Shown: piece by piece, positions 19,482 to 25,539 of the stretch
Position numbering within the stretch: position 1 is the stretch's first letter
Layout of the letters: every line of letters begins with the position of its first letter
From: Polynucleobacter sp. MWH-Loch1C5
Lineage (GTDB): Bacteria; Pseudomonadota; Gammaproteobacteria; Burkholderiales; Burkholderiaceae
Assembly: GCF_018881775.1 (NCBI RefSeq)
Contig: NZ_JACVPR010000001.1
Location: forward strand, 1,164,318 to 1,196,317
DNA length: 32,000 bases
Direction: 5' to 3'
Program-made: the position numbers and the translations under genes
Notes under the pieces: generated by a model
What the model was told of the DNA's origin: nothing
The model's database searches: none
The model's input: the letters and a program-made list of their open reading frames with translations, nothing else

Positions 19482-20843
19482 ATGCCAGAGCAAAAAGAAA
19501 CGACACACACACTGATTGAGCGTTCGCTGATCGTGTATCGGCGTGAGCGCAGCAGCATATGGCAGTGTCGATACAAGGTTGATGGCGTATGGCAACGAGC
19601 ATCGACAAAAGAGAGCGACTTAAAAAAAGCCAAAGCACGGGCAAACGAACTGTTGATGGAAGCAGTAATACGCAAACGCTCAAATCTGCCTGTTATTACA
19701 CGCAAGTTTAGAGATGTGGCACGGCTGGCAGTGGAGCGGTTAGAGCACGAGATTGCGATCGGCAAAGGCAAGCGCAGCTACACAGACTACATACGGGTGA
19801 TTAACGATTATCTAATCCCGATATTAGGCAGAAAAGCGATAACAAGCATCGACTACCAAGCATTAGACGAACTGAACGAAAAACGCACAGCGATGATGGA
19901 AAAAGTGCCGACACAAAGCACGATGCTGACGCACAACGCAGCACTGAATCGTGTGTTTGACGAAGCGGTAATACGGGGATTTTTAACAGAAGCGAATAAG
20001 CCAAAGTTAGAAGCGACAGGCAAAAAGAGTGAGCGCAGAGCAGCGTTTGATATAAATGAGCTGCGGGCACTGCTGGCTAACTTTGATGGGTGGATTGAAG
20101 CGGCACGCACAGCGCAGAGCAAAGAGATGCGAACATTACTGCGTGATTATGTGGATGTGCTGATTGACACTGGCGCACGACCAGGCGACGAACTGTTGAA
20201 CTTACAGTGGCGACAGATCAAGTTTGCGATGAAACCGATACTGACGCACACAGGTGTGATTGATAACACAGACGATCAGCACGAAGAAATAACGCTTCCA
20301 AACCTAAATCGCAGCGTAGAGCTGGTCGTCAGCGGCAAAACAGGCACACGCACGATCGTGGCGATGAATAGGACGGTTAAAGCATTAGAGCGCATCGCAC
20401 TGCGCAACTACGACATTGATGACAGCATTGTCGATCCATTTAAGCAGCTAACAGTGCCGACAAACAAAGACTATGTGTTTAGGACACTAGATAAGCAGCC
20501 GCCGACAAGCTGGCAAAAGATGTTTGAGAGCTACTTAAAGGAACACAACTTACTGATTGACCCGATTACTGGCAACAAGCGTGTGTTTTACAGCCTGCGA
20601 CACACATATGCGACATTAGCACTGACAAACGACAAAGTGCCAATACACACGCTGGCAAAGCAGATGGGCACAAGTGTGCTGATGATCGAAAAGCATTACA
20701 GTCATCTTAAAGTCGTCCAAGCGATTGACCAGCTGCGTGGCGAAGAGACACGCAAACTCATTGATGCGGGTGGCGTGGTCGATGAGACTTACACAAGTCA
20801 GCGCAAGCTAAAGAAACAAGCAGCGCAGAAAAAGAAGGCATAG
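19482..20843 (+). CDS. int: Tyrosine-type site-specific integrase
   Basis: 453-aa ORF with catalytic-domain motifs DTGARPGDELLNLQW (Arg I), SLRHTYATLAL (His-x-x-Arg) and IEKHYSHL (Tyr). A long N-terminal arm/core-binding region is present. It lies next to attL. Confidence 0.9.
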   Translation: MPEQKETTHTLIERSLIVYRRERSSIWQCRYKVDGVWQRASTKESDLKKAKARANELLMEAVIRKRSNLPVITRKFRDVARLAVERLEHEIAIGKGKRSYTDYIRVINDYLIPILGRKAITSIDYQALDELNEKRTAMMEKVPTQSTMLTHNAALNRVFDEAVIRGFLTEANKPKLEATGKKSERRAAFDINELRALLANFDGWIEAARTAQSKEMRTLLRDYVDVLIDTGARPGDELLNLQWRQIKFAMKPILTHTGVIDNTDDQHEEITLPNLNRSVELVVSGKTGTRTIVAMNRTVKALERIALRNYDIDDSIVDPFKQLTVPTNKDYVFRTLDKQPPTSWQKMFESYLKEHNLLIDPITGNKRVFYSLRHTYATLALTNDKVPIHTLAKQMGTSVLMIEKHYSHLKVVQAIDQLRGEETRKLIDAGGVVDETYTSQRKLKKQAAQKKKA

Positions 20844-20858
20844 TATTCTTACTATGCC
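20837..20858 (+). terminator. Hairpin overlapping integrase stop codon (possible terminator, no T run)
   Basis: GGCATAGTA-TTCT-TACTATGCC forms a perfect 9-bp stem. No downstream U tract, so its function is uncertain. Confidence 0.3.
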
Positions 20859-20960
20859 TGTCATCTGTGTCAGCGTCGATTATTTTTACGCATCTCAAAC
20901 CGCTTAAATATTGCTCTTTAGCGTCGTTTGACTGGATTTATGGTGAGCACGGCTGTTGTT

Positions 20961-21131
20961 TTATTGCGTGGCAAGCTGGGCTAACTGCTGCTGTGTTTTG
21001 CGAAGCTTTAAGGTAAGCGCAGCACGACGGGCAGATTTAGCAGCAGCTTTGGCAGCACTCTGTTGCGCTTTGACACGCTGTGTGTCGGCGTTTAAGTTTG
21101 CTGTTGGACTGACGACTTCTGCGATACGCAC
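20961..21131 (-). CDS. 56-aa Lys/Ala/Gln-rich hypothetical protein
   Basis: GTG start at 21131 is preceded by a perfect AAGGAG 7 nt upstream and lies 28 bp after the stop of the 146-aa gene. The ORF-track ATG at 21218 would overlap that gene. Confidence 0.45.
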   Translation of the reverse strand: MRIAEVVSPTANLNADTQRVKAQQSAAKAAAKSARRAALTLKLRKTQQQLAQLATQ

Positions 21132-21159
21132 TGCGCTTCTCCTTAATGTGTAGCAGTAT

Positions 21160-21600
21160 TTAATCGTTGGCAAAACCTTTGCGCAGCGCAATGCTGGCCG
21201 CTTCGATCTGTGCGTCAAGTTCGCCGTTGCTGATAGCGGACTTAATCAGTTCAAGCGTAGGCACGATATCTTTGCTGTTTGCGATCTCTACTGCCGTTTT
21301 GCCTTTAGCTAACTCAAGTGTTCGTGCGCCGTATTTGATATGGACGCAGAGTTTGCCGTTGTCCGCTACAAAAGTCCAAGCCTTAACAGTTTTGGCAACT
21401 TCGGCTGTTTTACGCAAACCAGTGTCAGCGTCTGTGTAGCTGCGCAGGCGTGTAGCGGTATAGGCAGTGCCGTTTTGCTGTGCTGTGGCTAATGCGATTT
21501 GCTCATCTACTCTGCGCAGCAGTTTATGGCGACGGGCAAGCACAGGGCTGATGTGAGAGGGCTTTTTGGCTGTGGTTAGTTTTAGCTGTGAAAGTGTCAT
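21160..21600 (-). CDS. 146-aa conserved-looking hypothetical protein
   Basis: ATG at 21600 (MTLSQLKL...) follows AAAAGGAG. The sequence is non-repetitive and globular-looking (…RLRSYTDADTGLRKTAEVAKTVKAWTF…LELAKGKTAVEI…GELDAQIEAAS). I recall similar proteins in genomic islands (possibly a DUF family) but cannot verify this. Confidence 0.7.
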   Translation of the reverse strand: MTLSQLKLTTAKKPSHISPVLARRHKLLRRVDEQIALATAQQNGTAYTATRLRSYTDADTGLRKTAEVAKTVKAWTFVADNGKLCVHIKYGARTLELAKGKTAVEIANSKDIVPTLELIKSAISNGELDAQIEAASIALRKGFAND

Positions 21601-21753
21601 TTTTGCTCCTTTTTTGCGATGTGAAAAAAGCACTACGCACAGCACGATATGACCTGAAACGCAGGCTGGACAAGAGTTTTGAGGGCAAAAAGACGGGTTT
21701 GAGCAGAGATGGGAAAAATATTTTGGTTTTCCTGTTCAAACATAAATAACTGT

Positions 21754-22317
21754 ATGAAAGCCATACATACAGCACAGCACAAAGCAGCTTATATCGCAGC
21801 GCAGCACGACTACCTACAGCGTGTAGCGCAGCACTGCGACTACGCCATCACGCTACAGACCAGCTTACGCACAGCAGGCATTAAGGCACGCACGATGGAG
21901 GGCAGGCTATACAAGGCACAGGGCAGCTTACGGCAGCTGCGCAACAAGCTTAACAGGCTACTGACAGGCAACGGCTATAAGCGCAACAACAGGTATTTGC
22001 CAGTGTTTGTGGCTGCGATAGAGGGCACGACAAACGACTACGACTTAAACAGGACGCTACACATACACATAGCATTAGGCAACACAGGGCATACGGCAAC
22101 AGAAGAAACACGCAGGCTATTAGAAGACGGCATTAGGCAGATATGGGCAGCGACAGATGTAGGCACAGCAGATGTAAAGGTGGATAGGCTGACAAAAGGC
22201 ACAGAGAACAGGTGGATGGGCTACATAGGCAAAGAGGCACACACGGGCAGCACAGGCAACACAGGCGTTATTGACTACAGCAACACGCAAATCCCAGCAC
22301 ATTTACTACAAGACTGA
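21754..22317 (+). CDS. Putative HUH-superfamily rolling-circle replication initiator/nickase (inovirus Gp2 / YagK-YfjJ-like)
   Basis: Ordered motifs are AITLQT (motif I-like), TLHIHIALG (His-hydrophobic-His) and MGYIGKE (YxxK). The start is ambiguous between ATG 21754 and ATG 21709. Assignment rests on motifs only. Confidence 0.55.
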   Translation: MKAIHTAQHKAAYIAAQHDYLQRVAQHCDYAITLQTSLRTAGIKARTMEGRLYKAQGSLRQLRNKLNRLLTGNGYKRNNRYLPVFVAAIEGTTNDYDLNRTLHIHIALGNTGHTATEETRRLLEDGIRQIWAATDVGTADVKVDRLTKGTENRWMGYIGKEAHTGSTGNTGVIDYSNTQIPAHLLQD

Positions 22318-22412
22318 CTACAAGCAAAGACAGGCAGGCAACAACATAGGCAAGCGTGTGATTTGACGCAGCGTTAATCGCACGACATTTACAGTTTGAT
22401 AAGAGCGATGCT

Positions 22413-22510
22413 GACACTGGCGACAGTGTTAGTTGGATATGCTTTGTCTAAACATTGTCAAACACTGAACAACACACTCAAACACAATAAGACAACACTG
22501 GAACACTGAC
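22413..22510 (+). promoter_or_regulatory. Hairpin plus 10-bp-phased AACA repeats (candidate Rep-binding iterons/origin)
   Basis: Inverted repeat GACACTG-GCGA-CAGTGTT at 22413-22430. AACA then begins at 22451, 22461, 22471 and 22481, with AACACTG at 22461, 22494 and 22502. It lies about 100 bp downstream of the Rep-like gene. Confidence 0.35.
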
Positions 22511-23047
22511 ACACAGCACAGATACACAATGAACGAACAGTGAATGACAACGGCGACGCAGTGAAACAAAGACACAGCACAGATAGAGATACAGAGGAAT
22601 ACGAAGCAGCAACAAGCAGCACTGTGGTCAAAAATCAGCACATTGATGAAAAATGGGCTATTGCTGAAAAACGCAGCACGGATTTTTAGGGCTACAGCTG
22701 AAAACTGGGTAAGTAGCACACGCAGAGCAACGCACACAGCGCATAGCAAGCACTCAAAACGCTTCTATGCGCTGTTTTTACGCTTTTCGAATAGCAATAC
22801 AGCAGCGCAGTGCTACAAACAGCGTGTAGGGCGTTTTACAGCATCTGTGCTTGTGGCTTTTTGACTACGGATACACGCAGAGCAGCGGTAAATATGTATG
22901 AACAGGAAATACGCAAAAACTGTTCAAACCGTGTAAGCCGTTGATTTTTGGAAGGTCTTTGCGAATCAAAAAGAGGTAGGAAAAACTTTGAAAAGAAAAC
23001 AAACTGTGTGTAGCAATAAATGTTCAAAACCGAAGGAGAGCTACACA

Positions 23048-23614
23048 ATGGCACAAGCAGCAACATTAGACGCACAGCAGCTACAGCGGGTATTAGACTG
23101 CCTGAAAACACGCAGGCACTACAGGCGCAACAGGACGATGATTTTGCTGACGCATTGGTCGATGTTGCGTGTAGGGGAAGTAGCAGCACTGCGCTACTGT
23201 GATGTGTTAGACAGCGATGGGCAGATATTAAGTGAGACCGTGCTGGCAGCAGAGCAGACAAAGGGCGATCGGAGCAGGCGTATTTGGTTTAATGAGCGTA
23301 TGCGGTCAGAGTTGGCAGCGTATGTGGCAGCACACAAGCCCAAATACAAGACACAGAGGCTCTTTTACACGCAGCGCAGTGAAGGCTTTACGGCAAATAC
23401 GCTGACACACATTATCAACGGCATCTACAGCCAAGCGGGCATCGCAAACGCATCATCACACTCTGGCAGGCGCAGTGGGCTGACTACACTGGCAGATAAG
23501 GGTGTGAGTGTGCGGGTGCTGATGGCGTTAGCAGGACACAGTCAAATCGCTACTACACAGCGATACATTGATCTGCGTCCCAGCGTCGTTAGGGCTGCGG
23601 TGGAGTTGGTTTAG
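23048..23614 (+). CDS. Small tyrosine recombinase (catalytic domain only, 188 aa)
   Basis: ATG is preceded by GAAGGAG. Catalytic residues are present: LRVGEV (Arg), TKGDRSR (Lys hairpin), HSGRRS (His-x-x-Arg), GHSQIATTQRYI (His, Tyr). There is no N-terminal DNA-binding domain. Confidence 0.85.
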   Translation: MAQAATLDAQQLQRVLDCLKTRRHYRRNRTMILLTHWSMLRVGEVAALRYCDVLDSDGQILSETVLAAEQTKGDRSRRIWFNERMRSELAAYVAAHKPKYKTQRLFYTQRSEGFTANTLTHIINGIYSQAGIANASSHSGRRSGLTTLADKGVSVRVLMALAGHSQIATTQRYIDLRPSVVRAAVELV

Positions 23615-24468
23615 GAAAGCTTCGAAATAACTATTTCTTCACCACGACAGGTAAATCGTGTAAGAGCATTTTTGTGGGAATGTGAAATCCAACCTCTCGA
23701 AGCAAAATAGATAAGAGCGGCGTGCGCATCAATGCTTACAAAGGCGTCATCATCTGAAATATGTTCATACTTCTCCCACAAACTAAAATCTGGCTCGAGC
23801 TTCAAATATTCGAGTGGCAACGGACTATTTGAAATGTAGAGTTTGACTTCACGAAGCAGTCGAGATGGTATTGAGCAAAGCATACGAAAAATAAGATTAT
23901 TACGGACTGGAATCAAGAACTTCCCTATTTTTTCTGAAACGTTAAGTTCCGAGTAGGGTCTTTGTTCGAGCTTCTTTACGGTCCAAGGGCGACAGTTCCA
24001 GGCTGGACTTAAAACAGCGATTCCATTTGGCTTCAGTATTCTTTCGATCTCTTTAAAAGCTTTTTCAACTTCTGGAATATGCTCTAAAGCGGCAAAGGAA
24101 AAAATAAAATCTACAGATGACGGCGCAAGCGGCAAGGCTCGCGCATCCCCTTCAAAAATATTCAAGTCACTTCCATAAAGTTCTTTTGCCAACGCTACAG
24201 CAGTATTGGAATATTCAAACCCTTTCCAGTTTTTATGGCTGGTATTCAAGTGCCCAAGACCGCAACCGATCTCGATTACCACGGCGTCATCAGTTATCTG
24301 GTGCTGCTTTAAATATTTTTTTACGACTTCCAGCTGTGCGTTGGGCCTTTCTGACGTTTTTTTCTGGTTGTCAAAAGAGCCGTAGTTATGTCCGTCGGCC
24401 TTATACACATCAGAATAAAGTTGCTTTGTGTCAAGTTTTTGACCTTCGCTTAGATTTGTTTGAACCAT
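23611..24468 (-). CDS. Class I SAM-dependent methyltransferase, substrate unknown
   Basis: 285-aa ORF with motif I VIEIGCGLG, then FEGDARALPL, DFIFSFAALEHI and LKPNGIAVL. It also has a ~110-aa C-terminal region of unknown function. Composition is AT-rich and host-like, unlike the rest of the element. Confidence 0.85.
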   Translation of the reverse strand: MVQTNLSEGQKLDTKQLYSDVYKADGHNYGSFDNQKKTSERPNAQLEVVKKYLKQHQITDDAVVIEIGCGLGHLNTSHKNWKGFEYSNTAVALAKELYGSDLNIFEGDARALPLAPSSVDFIFSFAALEHIPEVEKAFKEIERILKPNGIAVLSPAWNCRPWTVKKLEQRPYSELNVSEKIGKFLIPVRNNLIFRMLCSIPSRLLREVKLYISNSPLPLEYLKLEPDFSLWEKYEHISDDDAFVSIDAHAALIYFASRGWISHSHKNALTRFTCRGEEIVISKLS

Positions 24469-24694
24469 TGTCGTTACCGTTGTGTCTATAAGTTATAGTT
24501 AGTTTAACAGCGCACAGCAGAGCAGCATAGAGTTTTGGCTGTGCGCAGAGCATTACTTAAGTGATACATTGCGGTTGCGCTGTGTCTTTCATTGTGTAGC
24601 AGCATAGTGCGCATTTGCTTACACACTTTGCTACACACCAAAAATAATCACGCTATTAGCCGCATAAATGCTGGATTTATTTTGAGTGTCTTTT

Positions 24695-24704
24695 CTCATA
24701 ATCC
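24695..24704 (+). repeat. attR core (CTCATAATCC)
   Basis: Direct repeat of 18968-18977. Confidence 0.75.
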
Positions 24705-24739
24705 TTTGGTCCGCGGTTCAAGTCCGCGAGGGCCCACCA
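24695..24739 (+). pseudogene. 3' half of split host tRNA (CAT anticodon)
   Basis: CTCATAA-TCCTT-TGGTC-CGCGG-TTCAAGT-CCGCG-AGGGCCC-A-CCA. The acceptor 3' strand pairs 7/7 with 18936-18942. Confidence 0.85.
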
Positions 24740-24746
24740 GTATGTC

Positions 24747-24774
24747 AAAAAGCCACCCTTTGAGGTGGCTTTTC
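24747..24774 (+). terminator. Rho-independent terminator of the original tRNA gene
   Basis: AAAAGCCACC / GGTGGCTTTT stem-loop immediately after the tRNA 3' end. Confidence 0.7.
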
Positions 24775-24848
24775 CATTAATACATTTTCATTGGCAAATT
24801 TATTCATAAGGTATAGGATATAAATACCATTCTATATAGGGGGGTGTT

Positions 24849-25415
24849 ATGAATCCAAATGATCTAATGAAATGGCAACAAGAAAGAGCTAAAGAGCTAT
24901 TTGCAATTTCTCATAAATTACTTGAGACAGCTAAACAGTTAAGTGAGCACCAGGTCGCAGAAATGAAAGCGAGTATGGATCACGCCAAACTGTATGCCAA
25001 ACAAGCGGCCACTAATGACATGGCCAAATTAAAGGCTTTGCAAGAGCAATTTGCAGAAGATGCCCAGGTTCGTATGGCTTCGTATCAAAAAAAGATCAAA
25101 TCTATTTTGAAAAACATCGAAGATGAAGCGGTTGATGAAGTCGAAAAGCATATTAATAAAGCGCGTGATGCGATGGAGCAGTGGCTTAAAAATGCGAGTA
25201 AAAATATGCCCGCTGGCTCGGAAAAATTTGCCGATATGATTCGTGATGTTGCCGATGCCGGCCATAAAGTGCTCAAAGAAGGACGAAAAATGGCCAAGCA
25301 AGCAGCAGAGGCTGCCGAATCGAGTATGGCAAAAATGGAGCGTGCCAAGCCCGCCGCTAAGAAGGCGCCAGCACGCAAGGCTGCAGCAAAAAAGGCAACG
25401 GCTAGAAGGCGCTAA
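24849..25415 (+). CDS. Phasin (PHA-granule-associated protein) with Lys/Ala-rich C-terminal tail
   Basis: 188-aa helical protein. KNASKNMPAGSEKFADMI resembles the KNAPAGSE block I recall in Ralstonia PhaP1. C-terminus is [23 protein letters not shown]. Confidence 0.75.
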   Translation: MNPNDLMKWQQERAKELFAISHKLLETAKQLSEHQVAEMKASMDHAKLYAKQAATNDMAKLKALQEQFAEDAQVRMASYQKKIKSILKNIEDEAVDEVEKHINKARDAMEQWLKNASKNMPAGSEKFADMIRDVADAGHKVLKEGRKMAKQAAEAAESSMAKMERAKPAAKKAPARKAAAKKATARRR

Positions 25416-25433
25416 GGCTCAGATTTAGATAAG

Positions 25434-25459
25434 AAAGCACCGAAAAGGTGCTTTTTTAT
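25434..25459 (+). terminator. Rho-independent terminator after phasin gene
   Basis: AAGCACC-GAAAA-GGTGCTT followed by TTTTT. Confidence 0.7.
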
Positions 25460-25539
25460 TGGGCTTAATATTCTCTTAAGCCTTCGTTTTCTCAGATAAC
25501 TATAATCCCCTCATTCTCTAATTTGATATTGGAACGATT

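Larger units (their letters stand above)
18968..24704 (+). mobile_element. ~5.7-kb integrative element inserted in the anticodon loop of a tRNA gene
   Basis: Bounded by 10-bp direct repeats, CTCATAATCC, that lie inside the two tRNA halves. It carries a tyrosine integrase and has sharply different base composition and codon usage from the flanks. CTTACAC-type repeats are clustered at both ends. Confidence 0.8.

Noticed and set aside
19054-19771. Minus-strand ORFs of 75-100 aa across the left end of the element (19054-19314, 19299-19595, 19456-19683, 19469-19771)
   Set aside because: They are Cys/Ser/Leu-rich low-complexity products of the strong strand skew. They overlap the element tRNA, its terminator and the integrase 5' end, and have no Shine-Dalgarno.
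22408-22864. Short plus-strand ORFs in the non-coding tract (33-aa ATG ORF at 22408, 49-aa GTG ORF at 22540, 73-aa ORF at 22643)
   Set aside because: They have weak or absent ribosome-binding sites, no recognisable motifs, and overlap the iteron-like repeats and the terminator-like hairpin. They cannot be supported from sequence alone.
23037-24600. 11-bp inverted repeat pair GCTACACAATG / CATTGTGTAGC flanking the small recombinase and methyltransferase (possible invertible segment)
   Set aside because: Several 11-mer matches are expected by chance within about 5.7 kb of compositionally skewed DNA, and the match does not extend. It is kept only as something to check in long-read data.
18968-24704. 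Search for a classical defence or toxin-antitoxin system, retron or restriction-modification module in the island
   Set aside because: No reverse transcriptase, nuclease, ATPase/helicase, DNA-methyltransferase motif or paired small toxin/antitoxin ORFs could be recognised. The methyltransferase lacks DNA-methyltransferase catalytic motifs.
24592-24780. 62-aa plus-strand ORF
   Set aside because: It runs through the attR arm and the 3' half of the tRNA and its terminator, so it is not plausibly coding.
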